Shown one piece after another: positions 1 to 12,030 of a stretch of 64,000 bases of DNA (its first letter is position 1; the number at the start of each line of letters is the position of its first letter). Source of the DNA: Neodothiora populina (Eukaryota); assembly GCF_041146345.1 (NCBI RefSeq), contig NW_027191411.1, positions 1,364,001 to 1,428,000 of the forward strand, given 5' to 3'. The translations under genes and the position numbers were made by a program. The notes beneath the pieces are model-generated. The model was not told the origin of the DNA. It made no database searches and saw only the letters and a list, made by a program, of their open reading frames with translations.

Positions 1-727
1 TGAGATCCGACGATGCACAAGGCGGCGTCGGCAGAAACTCGTACAGAATCACCGTGAGACAATTAGAAAGTATGATTCGTCTCTCAGAGGCCATCGCCAA
101 AGCCAACTGCGTCGACGAGGTCACACCGGCTTTTGTGAACGAGGCCTTCACTCTACTACGACAGAGCATCATCAGCGTCGAAAAGGACGACGTCGACTTG
201 GAGGACGAAGACGACGTTACGGCAGCAGCGAGAGAGATCCTGGATGCCGCCGACGAAGAAGCAGCGGAGGCTGACCAGAGCGCCGACGTCGACGCCATCG
301 ATGCCGAGCCGGCCGCACAGCAGACGCGCAAGACCAAGATGTCCAACGCGGAATACTGGAAGGTGGTCAACGTCATGATGAGCAGAATCAACATGGACCA
401 GGAAACGGCAGAAGACGGAGTCGAAGAGGAAGACCTTCTGGTCTGGTACCTGGAGCAAATGGAGGACGAGATGGAGAGTGAAGAGGATTTCGAGCGCACG
501 CGGTTTGTCGGCAAGAAGGTGTTGAAGAGGATGGTCAAGGTAAGTCTCTTTCTTTTACTTCACCCATCATCTTGATTCAAGGAAAAAGCTAAACATTCCT
601 TGTGTTTAGGACAACATGCTCATACAGATCCGCGGCGAGGGTCTGGCTGACGATCAAGGTCATGGCCTGCAGAGCGAGAGACTGATCTACGTCATACACC
701 CGAACTGCGTGGTCGACGAGATGTAGA
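1..727 (+). CDS. MCM6: DNA replication licensing factor MCM6, 3' part (5' end outside window)
   Basis: SYRITVRQLESMIRLSEAIAKANC is the MCM AAA-lid motif. An acidic winged-helix C-terminus follows. Intron 540-609 (GTAAGT..TAG); last exon DNMLIQIRGEG..YVIHPNCVVDEM*. Confidence 0.92.
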
Positions 728-1552
728 TGTCTTCTTCTCGGCTACTCTTTTTCTGGTTTTTCTGGTTTTTTCTTTTCTTCTCTGGCTTCTCATCTTCTCA
801 AAAAGCGACGATGATGATGATGGAAATGCGCATGTATGACAGCGATGTATGTTTCTTAGGACTAAGTAGTTACCTGGATAGGAGCAAGGTGACACGAGGA
901 GATGCTGGCGAGCAAACTCCCAGGTCGTTTAGACAGTGGCGTTCAGGGAGTTGGCAAACAAGATGCATTTCCAGGCTCGATGTTATATACTCCTACTGTT
1001 AATTCCAGATCTACACTATACACTGTATCCATTTCTCCCTTTCTCCCTCTTCGATGGATATATATCCGACGTAGTGTATACCGCTGATTTTGGATCCGAC
1101 GGTAGTCCTTGTTCTCGCTCTATGGGGCTGCATCTCTCTAGACGTAGCATGTGCTAAAAAAAAAACCTATCGATCCCGCCTGACTTCCTCCAGCCTGGAA
1201 AACCAAAACCAATTCCGTCGCGCTGCTCGTCACCCTTGTTCTCCTTGCCTTGTCTGGCTGTGTTTATATTTGATTTCATCACTGGAACACAAGTCTTTCA
1301 TCTAACATCGCAGAGAATCTACACCAAGAAGGTATATTTACTCCTGATCAATCACCGTCGTTGCGGGCATGAGGTATCGCATCCAATGGCAGTAAGCGAT
1401 TGGTAGCCTGAGTGGCGTTTCGCACGCACCGGCCAGTCTCAATCTAACATATACCTGCTCGCTGGCTCGCTCGCCTCCTTTTCACAGGCTATTTGCGCGC
1501 ACGCACGCACGCTTTCGTGTCCCATCGTCGTCTTGTCGTATATACACCGAAA

Positions 1553-4036
1553 TCATTCTGCCTCTTCTTCAGGATCTTTCAGCCCGAGAGCTTTGGCGTA
1601 GGCTTGTTTCTGCTTCGCCGTCGAGTCCCGGAGCGGTCTTGGTTTTGAGACGACGCCGCGCGGTTTCTCGCCTGGCCTGGGGTGTTCTTGGTGTTGTGCT
1701 TTCTCTGCGGGAGCGGCAGTAGCAGCGGCGGCGGAAGGGAGGACCGGCAGAGGAGGCGCGGGGACGTCTTTCTCTGCTGCGGCGTCTTCACTCACGCTCT
1801 CCTCGAGGTCTTGCTCAAGGAAACAAAACAGGTCGTCCGCTTTGCCTGCTGCGACGGGACGATCGAGTGCTGCGAGCGCCGTGTCGCAGCCGCCTACGCG
1901 TTGGCGTAACGACTGCTTGTAGCGGTCTGCTTCGGTTGACGCGGTGTGGAGTTCTTGCAGGTTCCCGTCGGTCGAGAGGTAGGGCAGGTGGATGATCTCC
2001 GGGAGGTCGCCGTCGAGCGGAAGGATGGCGTGGAGGGGTTGTTGGCGCCGCGCCATGTCTCGTTGTTCTTTGCGCGGTGAGGAAGAGGGAATCTTGAAGT
2101 CGCTGCTTAGGAAGGGTTCCTCAGGATCTGGCAGGGGGTGGTCTTCTTCTTGTTCTTCGCCGTCGTTCTTCTTGTTAGTTGAGCCCTCTGCGAATTCTTC
2201 GGGCAGCTGATAGAGTTCTTGGTGCACCGTGGCCCAACCACCACCGGAGCTGGGCGCGGGCGGGTAAAGCATGCCCCATCCTCTCGCCCTCATCAGCTCA
2301 AGCATATACTCTAGCCATCCCGGCTGTGTCTCAGAGATGACTTTGGCTGGCTTGACCGGCTCACGGTAAACGGCTTTGGGTTCGTGCATGGCGCGCAAGC
2401 GATTCTTGAGGTAATCGTGGAACTCGGCCCATTTGTCCCCGAAGATGAGAGCAGCTTCTGCGTTGGGTGCTTGCCAGATATAAGGCACGTTGATCTCGTC
2501 TTCGTTTGCAATCTTTGCTCGGTCCCTGTACTTTTTGCCGTTCATGTTGAGTATCGATGGAGCCACGAAAGGGCTTGAACCATTGAGATAGTACTGCGGA
2601 GCGCCGAGTGCGATCCCCATGAGACGCTCGTCGTTGTAGGGAGCTGATGACGAGTAACGATATTCTAGGAGATGCGCAAACAAGTAGTGATAATACAACG
2701 GAGACAAATCCGTCTGCGGAGAGAGGAGCAGCACATGAGAATGAGCGGGATCGGCGGGGTAGAAGGCCTCCAGGAGACGAACCGCATTGCTCTCCGTCGT
2801 GAGCTTCATGGAGGATATGCGGTGGTGCAAAGTGATGCCGGTATGACGTGGTGACATCGATTGGTGATCAGGATCCGGCGGCCATGTCATGTCTCGAATG
2901 CGATCGCGAGCAAAAGGCTCGATATCTGTAGGCAAATCGATGGTCAGATGCGGAGGAGGAAGACCCGTATACTCGGCGCCTTTCAATGATTCCAGAAGTC
3001 GAAGCAGCGAGCCAGATGAATGCGGTGGAGCATGAATGACAATATTGATGTTCGGCTTATGCCACGCTTGCAAGCTGTCACAATCAAGTCGTGTCATCCA
3101 CAGGAAATCTTCATACATTCCGTCGGGAATCTCGATGATGGGCTTATCCAATTCCTTGGCCTTACCACGAATCGCTCTAGTGAAAAAGGCATCTTCGATG
3201 GCCGAATCATCGGTGATGATGACTCTAGGACTCATGAAGGTGTTGATGTGAGACAAAGCACCCGCGACTGCGACCTCGGCGCGCACATCCGAGCTGTAGT
3301 CCGAATAGTCGGGTCTCCCATCATGAACCCCTATATTACACGATTCCTTGTCGACGCCGTTCACAGTCAATAGCTCATCCATGGAGATACTATCCCGACC
3401 CAGCAACACAATATGAACCAGATTGACCTTATGTGCCTGCATCTCACAAGCCATTGGCAGCAACGAGCCAAAGCTCTTCAGACTAGAAGCGGCGAAGAGG
3501 ACGTTCCTCGTACTCGCGCCACGTCCGCGTGCGCGAGGGATAGCGTGCAGGGTGCTGGCCAGGTTATAGAACTTGACTGGACCCCAGTAGTAATGCTCCT
3601 CTTCTGGATTGATGCGATCCTTGCTTCTCGGAGGTGCGCCTGTGGGTGCTTTCTGCGAGGATTGACCCTGCTGGGCTCTGTTGGAGCTGCTGCCTGGTTG
3701 GCGAGGCGGCGGCTTGTAGCCAAACTCGATGCCTGACACGGCGCGGCCAGGTCGCATGGGACGACCCATGCGCTCATCGATGCTTCCAAGGTCCGTGGGG
3801 ATGTTGTGGATGAATAGCCAGACGGAAACGACAGCGACCAGTCCCAAGAGTATCCGTCGCCGTCTCCAGCGCACAGGTACGCGCCATGCTTGCGTCGATG
3901 AAGAAGAAGAAGAAGGTGGTCGTCGGTCATCACTTCGTTTGCCCAGCTCCTCGTCTCCAGGAAACATGCGCGACGACTGAGGCATCTTGTCGCTGACCTG
4001 GGCTCTTCCGCGTATCTGGTTATTGGCTACGACCAT
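1553..4036 (-). CDS. Conserved fungal type-II membrane protein, glycosyltransferase-2-like family (uncharacterised)
   Basis: Intronless 827-aa ORF. Basic RWRRRR then one TM helix near the N-terminus. SLLRLLESL..A.Y and LLLSPQTDLSPLYYHYL motifs resemble fungal 'glycosyltransferase 2' proteins. Start could be the downstream MPQSSRMF. Confidence 0.7.
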   Translation of the reverse strand: MVVANNQIRGRAQVSDKMPQSSRMFPGDEELGKRSDDRRPPSSSSSSTQAWRVPVRWRRRRILLGLVAVVSVWLFIHNIPTDLGSIDERMGRPMRPGRAVSGIEFGYKPPPRQPGSSSNRAQQGQSSQKAPTGAPPRSKDRINPEEEHYYWGPVKFYNLASTLHAIPRARGRGASTRNVLFAASSLKSFGSLLPMACEMQAHKVNLVHIVLLGRDSISMDELLTVNGVDKESCNIGVHDGRPDYSDYSSDVRAEVAVAGALSHINTFMSPRVIITDDSAIEDAFFTRAIRGKAKELDKPIIEIPDGMYEDFLWMTRLDCDSLQAWHKPNINIVIHAPPHSSGSLLRLLESLKGAEYTGLPPPHLTIDLPTDIEPFARDRIRDMTWPPDPDHQSMSPRHTGITLHHRISSMKLTTESNAVRLLEAFYPADPAHSHVLLLSPQTDLSPLYYHYLFAHLLEYRYSSSAPYNDERLMGIALGAPQYYLNGSSPFVAPSILNMNGKKYRDRAKIANEDEINVPYIWQAPNAEAALIFGDKWAEFHDYLKNRLRAMHEPKAVYREPVKPAKVISETQPGWLEYMLELMRARGWGMLYPPAPSSGGGWATVHQELYQLPEEFAEGSTNKKNDGEEQEEDHPLPDPEEPFLSSDFKIPSSSPRKEQRDMARRQQPLHAILPLDGDLPEIIHLPYLSTDGNLQELHTASTEADRYKQSLRQRVGGCDTALAALDRPVAAGKADDLFCFLEQDLEESVSEDAAAEKDVPAPPLPVLPSAAAATAAPAEKAQHQEHPRPGEKPRGVVSKPRPLRDSTAKQKQAYAKALGLKDPEEEAE

Positions 4037-4443
4037 GCGATCCGTATCACTCGAGGTTCCATTATCATGTTCCAGCAGGCGTCACTGCCATTTATTTGGA
4101 GAAGTGTGGGCTATATGCAGTATATCACATTTATTGTACCCGGTACACTTGAAGCTGGGAGGTGCTGTAGTCCCCGCCAAGAAGTGTAATGCCTGCACTG
4201 GCTCGTGCACTTGGAGCATATAGCACTCTCATATAATCAAAACAGCGGGGATTGACACGACACGCTGTGGTTGATTTATATTTTCAAGTGAATTCATTGT
4301 TATATATAAATAAAGAACTTTATCATCCTGCAGCCTGTCCCAATGTAGCTACACATTTTCACGTTCAAACGCCATATATACACATATGCCTGCAATGCTA
4401 ACCTGCTGGAAACGAATGTAGGCAAACATGATCCAACATAAAA

Positions 4444-7400
4444 TTACTCTTCGTCGTCTTCGACCTCAGCCGTCTGTTTGTAGAATATCAGCACATATCC
4501 CGATAGTAGTAGAAGAACAGCAATCACTTACATCATCGTGGAAGGTCTTGCCCTCGGTGGTGGCGTTGATCACACCAATGCGAATGCAGAAGTCTCCGAA
4601 CCTCTCACCCTCGTTCCTCTCTGCTGCATATCGCTTGATCAGAGGCTTCAGGATCGACATGATCTGCTCCTCGTTGATCGAGCTGCGGTACAACTTGTTC
4701 AGACGTTGGCCGTGGTAACCACCTCCCAAGTACATGTTGTAGTGGTTGAACGACTTTCCGACGAAACCAATCTCTGCAAGCCATGGTCGGGCGCAACCGT
4801 TGGGGCAACCAGTCATACGCATGACGATGCTGTCCTGGCGAAGGCCGACCTCCTCCATGACTGCCTCAACCTTGCCCACCAAGACTGGGAGGTAGCGCTC
4901 GGACTCGGCCATGGCAAGACCGCACGTGGGGAAGGCCACACATGCACTACTGCTAAGACGCAGACCACTGAAGTTGGTGTTGTCCAGCTTGTACTTTGCA
5001 AGCATCTCCTTCATCAACGGCAGCTCCTCGTCACTGACGTTGGAGAGAATCAAGTGCTGGTTACCGGTCAAGCGGAATTCACCCTTGTGCACCTTGGAGA
5101 TCTCCAGTAGGCCAGTCTTCATGGGGAAGTCGGCAGTGTCCTCGATGCGTCCGTTTTCAATGAACATGGTGAAGTGGTGCTTTCCGTTCTCGTCCTTCTG
5201 CCAGCCAAAGGTGTCGATGTTGCTCTCGAACTTGAATGGCTTGGCTTCTTCGAATGACTCGCCCCAGTACTTCTCGACCTCGGCCTTGAAGCCCTCGACA
5301 GTCATGTCGTCAACAGTGTACTTAAGACGAGCGTGCTTGCGGTTGGTGCGATCACCGTTGTCACGCTGGACAAGCATGACCTTCTCGCAAGCAATGTGAA
5401 CCTTCTCCTTGCTCACGTAACCCATCATGCTACCAGTGCGGGGGTACGTCTTCTTGTTGTTGTGAGTGACACCCATACCACCACCGACGAGCAAGTTGAA
5501 TCCGGCCAGTCTGCCGTCCGATCCCTTGATGGCAATCAGACCAACGTCGTGGGCGTACACATCCGTGTCGTTGTGAGGAGGAATGGCGATGGTGATCTTG
5601 AACTTTCTAGGCAGATAGGTAGGTCCGTATAGAGGCTCGTAGTCCTGTACAGCATCACCAGCAACCTGGGTCTTCTTGTCGTTCTCGTCGGTGAGCCAGA
5701 TCTCGTGGTAAGCCGTGGTCGAAGGGAGAAGGTGGTCGCTGATGACCTTGGAGTAGTGGTGCACATCAGCGTGGTACTGAGAGTGCTCGGGCAAACTGCT
5801 GCACATGACGTTACGGTTCACATCACCACAAGCAGCAATGGTGGTCATGAGTGCCTGGTTGATAGCCTGCATAGCGGGCTTGAGCTTGCTCTTGATGACA
5901 CCATGGAACTGGAATGTTTGACGTGTGGTGAGCTTCATGGTCTCGTTGCCAAGGGTAGAGCTGATAGCGTCCATCTGTTGCCATTGCTTCGCGGTCGAAA
6001 CACCACCGGGAAGACGGCAACGAATCATGAAAGAGTATGCGGGCTCGAGTCCCTGTGCCTTACGCTCATCACGAAGATCGCGATCGTCTTGCATGTAGGT
6101 ACCGTGGAACTTGGTGAGCTGCTGGTCAGCGGCGGAGATGGCGCCTGTGCTAGGGTCGTTGAGACCCTCGACAATGGTACCACGAAGGAAATTGGACTCG
6201 CGCTTGATGTCCTCGTTGGTGATTGGTGGAGGCTCATCAGGGAGACCCTCGATATTGCCAACGCCAAGAGCGTCCCAGAGCTGAGGCTCCCATGCGCTGT
6301 AGCCAGTCTGGTATCCATCGGGATCCTGGTCATCGCCAAGACCGATATCGACGAGCGACTTGCCACCTAGCGTGAGGAATCTGTTGTACAAATCCTTACC
6401 AGGCTTGTTGTAGTAGGCCTTATCCTCCTTTCTGGGCCAGTAGTGGCTGTCACCAAGAGCGAAGACGGAGAAGTTGACATTTGCGAGATCGATGTCGACA
6501 GAGGTCTTGACCGCTTCCCAGAAGTTTCTGCCGTTCTGGGGGAACTCTCCCTGTCCGGCGGTGCTGGAGAAAAGGACGAGGTTCTCCTCGTCGGGGATGT
6601 CCTCAATGGGGTAATCGTCCATGGCCATGACCATGGTCTTGAGGCCTCTGGCCTTACCACGGTTACCAAGGCGCTTGGCGAGGTTCTCTGCATTACCGTT
6701 GTCGGACGCGAACAGGATCGTCAGAGGTGCACCTTGGAGGCCCTCGAGCAGTTGGCTGTATGCATCCTTGGCCTTTCTCTTCTGAAGCTCTCGCACCTCG
6801 GAGCCGTAGGACTGAGATAGGGTGGCGTGGAACTCGGGATGTCTCTTCATCAACTGGGTGAGGTAGTTGTCTCTCTTCAGGAATGCCTTCAGCTCTTGAC
6901 GAATACGCTCTGAGTCGAGCTGGAAGTTTTCCTCCCCACGGTCTTCTGCGCGGGGGTCCCAGCGGTAGAGGGGCCAATAGCCAACGTCGATTGCCTTCTT
7001 GGTCTCTTGCAGGACAGTGAGAGGAGAGTCGCTCTCCTTGTTGTAAGGCAAGTATGCCACGACGACAGATGGTCCGTTGAACTGCTCAGCCTCGATCATG
7101 GACTGCAGAACCTGGGTGTAGGAGCCATAGACGGCGACAGAGGCGACGTACGCGTTTCCGAAGTTCATGGCGTAGAGTCCGATATCCTTCTTTCTTCGCG
7201 CAGCGTCAGCGGCAGCGGTCTCGGAGTAGGGCTTGGAGTCAATGATGAGCATGTTGATGTTCTTGCCGGATGCTAGAACGTGGTGAACACCAGAGTTTCC
7301 GAGATCGTAAGCCCAGGCATCGGAACCAAGGAGCCATTGGGACTCCTTGAAGAACAGACCCTGTTTTAAGAGCAGTTGCGTGGAAAGCGAAGAGCCATCA

Positions 7401-9243
7401 GTTCCCAAGCGAGAGATCACCTCGGGGGCAATGGTGTTGGCCTTAGCAGCTTCGTTGGCCTCGAGAAGCCACTGGGAAAGGTACTTCTGAGGGGCGTCGG
7501 TGGCGAAGTCGTGAGTCTTGACTGCTGCCTGGACCTCAGAGATGAAGCGCTCGCGGTGTTCGTCACGGGCAACAAGAGCACCGAAACCGAACTCGGGGTT
7601 AGCGCTGAACTCGGCGGAGATACCAGCGTTGTCTGCGCCAATTCTGTTTGCAATGTGAAGTCTCTGGCCGAAAAGCTGGTCGAGGATCTTCATGTAGGCA
7701 TTCTCAATCTGGGGCTGCTCGAGTTCGTACTCCTTTTGGCCCTGCTGAGGACCCTCGTGGTTGCCGATTTCCAGGTTCTGGATGGGCTTGGGGGACAGCA
7801 AATTCTGGAAGATGCCCTTGAGAGCCTGCTTGATGGTAGATGGCTCGATGTAACCGAGCTGGTGACCGACAATGAGAGGTCCAGATCCACCTGAGATTTT
7901 CAGAGATGTCAGGACATCAAGGAGGAGGGGACCCCATCGCGTTGTCTTCCTTCTGATCTGCTCGAGTACGGCAACTCTCTTGACGCTTCGAGGAACAGTC
8001 TCTAGAAGCTTAGCACCCAACCACGGGCGGTAAAGGCGAGCGGTGATTATGCCGGCGTTGTTGAACTCGTCGGACGAAGCGGCGTTGTCAACCTCCTGGG
8101 CGAAAAGTCCAGTATCCGAGCCAAAGAGAAAGATTGCGGCCTCGGCGTCAGATGGACCGGAGTACTCGAAGGCGGTGTAAGTACGACCGGTGACCTGGTG
8201 AAGGTCTGCCCAGATTTGGGTAACGTAGGTGTCGATGTCCTCAGAGGACACGGGTCTGCTGGAAACAGACTCGACAGATGTTGCGTTGGATGATGCCAGA
8301 GACACGTTGTCGCTGCTGTCGCTTCGGCCCTTGGAGCTCGAACCGACAGATGACTCACGGTCGCTGTTTGCAGCGGTAGACTTCTCGGTGGCAACACCGC
8401 TCTGCTCGGCAGCATCTGGTACACTTGACTCGGTGAATGAAGGTGCAACTGTGCGAGAGGCGACTCTGCCATCATCTGCATAAATGCCGGTCTCGGGAGC
8501 TACAACACCCTGATGTTGCTTGATAAGGTCGACGTTCAGGATCTTCTTGACCAATTCGCGGTCTTCTTGGGGAATAGGCGAATCATTGGCGAGGTTGGCC
8601 GAGTCGAAGAAGTGGATCACACCCTTGCCGGACTTCAATGCCAAAGCGTGAGCGGTGACAGCAAGGTCCTGGGCCTCCTGTAGTGACTCAGACTGCAGGA
8701 AAGTGAATCCGGACTGTCTGATCGAGGTGATGTCCGAGTAGTCAGGGTAGCCGGTAGGTTGCAACGAGACGTGGATGACCACGGGGTGCTGGGCGAGTTT
8801 GTAAAGGTGAGGGATGGAACGGACGAGGATCGAGGACGAAGTCGTCACAGAGACGAGCTTGCCCGATCGGACTGGGTAGAAAGCAGAGAGAAGAGGGTCT
8901 GCATTGTGCTTGACGGGAAGAATCTAATTGAAGAAGACAGTCAGCGTGGCGATGATAACATTGAGATCGAGGAAAGCAGTACCTCCGGGGCTCCATTCTT
9001 TACGAGTGAAGAGGCGTTCTTCTGCGCATATGATTGCAAGAACTTGGAAAACTCCGAGTCGGAGGCCAACGAAGGCTGAACGGAAATCACAACATCGCTA
9101 GAGAGGTAGGCGATGCGCGCGACTATGTAGTGGTGCTTGTCAGTACCGACATCCGCTCTACACTATATCGATGCAGGCAAATTTCAGGTGGCGGGGCAGA
9201 TCAACAACGTACCAGCTTCTCCAGCAGTCAAGATGGAGGTCAT
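4444..9243 (-). CDS. MET5: Sulfite reductase (NADPH) beta/hemoprotein subunit
   Basis: PFOR-like N-terminus (GSDAWAYDLG), flavodoxin domain (ILFASDNGNAE, STAGQGEFP, LGDSHY), siroheme domain (KFHGTYMQDDRD, ACGDVNRN, CVAFPTC, GCPNGC). Start MTSILTAGEA with two 5' introns; last intron before TAEVEDDEE*. Confidence 0.96.
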
Positions 9244-10566
9244 TGCCGCACTTTCGGCCTGTTTACCAGAGCCGACAGTAAAATCAAGAAATTGCCAAGA
9301 TGATGGCAATTCCAAGTTAACAAGTATGAGAGGAAGATATGGCGATGGAGAAGAGGGAAAGCAGCAATAAGATACAGCAGAAAATAAAAGGCGTTAAGCA
9401 CTCGTTGAAGGCGAATCGAATCTACCACTCTGCATTTTTCTCTCTCTAGCTGCGATGGCGCAAGAGGCCGAATATCGGCTGACACACAATGCTTTGTCTC
9501 CCATTGGTCGAGACTTGTCCCCCCCACCTTTTAGCCGCATGGGCAGATTACCGACTGAGCTTATTGACCTCGTAAACCACCTATTCTGTCCTGTTCTCGT
9601 CCATGATTCAAGGGTCCGTGTTAGGACTTTGGAACTCTGCCCGCACTCTTGCACTCCCGCTGGGTTGCCTGGAGGCATGGAACCACTGTGTTTCCCTGAC
9701 TCGTACACGAGGTGCAATACCTTTATGAACAAGATGTCTACCTGATATGACACCTGAGCAAAGACAGCAAACAAAGTGAAGAATCAATGCCAATGGTTAC
9801 TGATCAATGGCCGACCGTCTGGCAGTCATCTTCGGTCAGTGCGGCCAGAGGCCGACAGTATCAGTAGTAGTAACAGTAGTAGTGTATAAAAATATTTCAC
9901 ACTGGACCGACCACATGGTTTACTAAAGGCGGCATACGAAGCCCGGCCAAGCAACCAAGACGCTGGTTTTGAACGCATACCTACAGTGACCATGAAACAC
10001 TCATCTCGACGCATTTGTTGTATATAGTATAGAAAAGGTAGCCGATGATGTGAACGACAAAAGATAAGACAATGTGGACACAACATGTTGTACTTGAGTG
10101 TTGCAAGCATCAAAGAGACGTCTGAAACATACTTATTACTCAGGACGCACGCGATTGCTAAACGCGAGTCCTGCACAACTCTCGCGTTTCATTCGGCTCA
10201 GTCGCCACTTTCATGTAAGCATCTTCGTTTCCTTTAGCTCTCTGGTGCCATTTTTCCAACAAGCAGTCATGAGTCATCGATTGTCTATATGAGAAGGTGT
10301 CATTCCATCAGCCGCGTCTAGAAGCACATCCTTTTAGTCATGGAATATAACAGCATACATCAATACTGTGCTCATGAAGCACAACAATGTTGATCTCGGT
10401 CTGGCTGTTCTACCCATTGGAAACACCCGCATATATCTCGGCAATGTTCGGTAAAGGTATCATACATTTTGACATGATTCATTGGATACCGACTCGCCAC
10501 TTGCGGCCTACATCTCTGCTTGACATCTGTGCATGCTAAAAGATATCCGCCTAATGCGGAAATTAC

Positions 10567-11501
10567 TCATTTGTCTCTTCCCAAACGCTCCTCGTCGTCA
10601 TCCATCAGTTCGTATGCAGGCCGATATTCTTCTTGCGACGCCCCTGCTTCATCACTGGCCTTCAGCGCCGGGTTTGGGTGGGTATCTGTGGTTCCGCCTA
10701 GTGACGTGTAACCTAAATCGTAGAGCGAGCAGTATGGTATTTTGAGATGCCGAACGAACTACAGTAGACTCGAGTCAGATTGTGTCATCAGTCATAGCAT
10801 AGTCTTCAAACTTACTGTCCACACTTCGGCATAGTGCCAGTCGATGACCGGGTGTATTCTCGTGAAGGATGGCCAGCCTCGATCCGTTGGGTCAAAGTAC
10901 TTTAGTGAACCTCCGTGAGGATCTGTCCGCCTCGTCCCTACGAATATCGCTCGTACGCTTCTCTTGTCTTGTAGGTAGTCCTCGAAGGCCTCTCGCATAG
11001 GTTTCTTGTAATGCGCTAGATCCAAAAAGTATGTTTCTGTCGTAGATTCGACAAACTTCTCGACTTGCGGGAAGGTATGAGGTGTCACAATGTACACTGA
11101 CTGCAGTCGCGGCGGTAGTGGCATCGAGGTCTTGAGTGAATGTTCGTGCAGGCCATAGAGATATAGAATCAATAGAACCAGACAGTCTTTGCCGCCGTTG
11201 TATGATAATGATAATTCTTCAAGACTGCAAGTCGTCAACACTGTAGGCATGCCATACCGGGATCGTCATTGTCATACCTGAATCGCTCCAAGGCATCTGC
11301 GATGATCTTGATGCTGAGCCTCGTCTGCTCCTGCACACGCCTTACGCTTTCCGTCGAGGCTTCTTCGGACAAGAAGGAAGTTATACATCTGTGTATTACT
11401 GCGCATACTTTTGACAGGTGACCAGCGACGCCCTTGGACGCAGTGTCGTCTTCGGAGCGTCCTTGATCATGCCTGCGGATCTCCGGTAGAGACTCTGGCA
11501 T
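10567..11501 (-). CDS. FAD1: FAD synthetase (FMN adenylyltransferase, PAPS-reductase fold)
   Basis: LSYNGGKDCLVLL, IFVGTRRTDP, PTDRGWP, RIHPVIDWHY and the end YRPAYEL..DDEERLGRDK*. Multi-exon, joining ORFs 11235-11546 and 10792-11250. Confidence 0.92.
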
Positions 11502-12030
11502 CACGCTGTTTCGGCATATAACAGTCTCGGCATATAACAACAACAATCCCGGTGTGTGACTATTACAATATCATGCTGGAGCTGGCAATGTCACAAGGAA
11601 TAGTTGCCGGGACGGAAGTCGATTACACGAAAGTTGTTCCGGCGATTGATGGCCAGCTCTCTCTTCCTTCACAACTGTGACACTCCGCAACAACCCAATC
11701 AATGTGGGGCTGTTGACCTTGACCGCGAACCGCGGGGTCATTGTTACTCCGCCATCGGTGAGCCACTGTAGGTTATCTACTTGTACTCCGTACCAAAGAT
11801 AAGATAGCAGTTCTATCTGTCCCTTTCCCAAAATTAATTATCGTAATTATACTGTGCTAAACAAATGCAAAATCGCATATGAAATCGTCATCGCTGCATG
11901 AGTAGGTCGTCGAATACTGATGCGGCAGTCATAAAGAAAACTGGCGCAGACTATATACAACTATACAGCAAATTTCCAATACGCAGGTAACCCAAAAAAC
12001 CAAAAGTGCTATGAGAGGAAGCAGGCACTT

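Noticed and set aside
727..1002. Small hydrophobic ORF (MSSSRLLFFWFF...) after MCM6
   Set aside because: It derives from T-rich and (GAT)n low-complexity 3' UTR sequence.
4538..8483. Numerous 100-220 aa ORFs antisense to MET5 (similar ones opposite SUV3, GAL10 and TSC1)
   Set aside because: These are shadow ORFs expected from the codon bias of the real gene; they show no recognisable motifs.
10567..11501. PAPS reductase (MET16) forming a sulfate-assimilation cluster with MET5
   Set aside because: The motifs (SYNGGKDC, GTRRTDP, ERLGR end) are those of FAD synthetase; the C-terminal ECG(I/L)H of PAPS reductase is absent.
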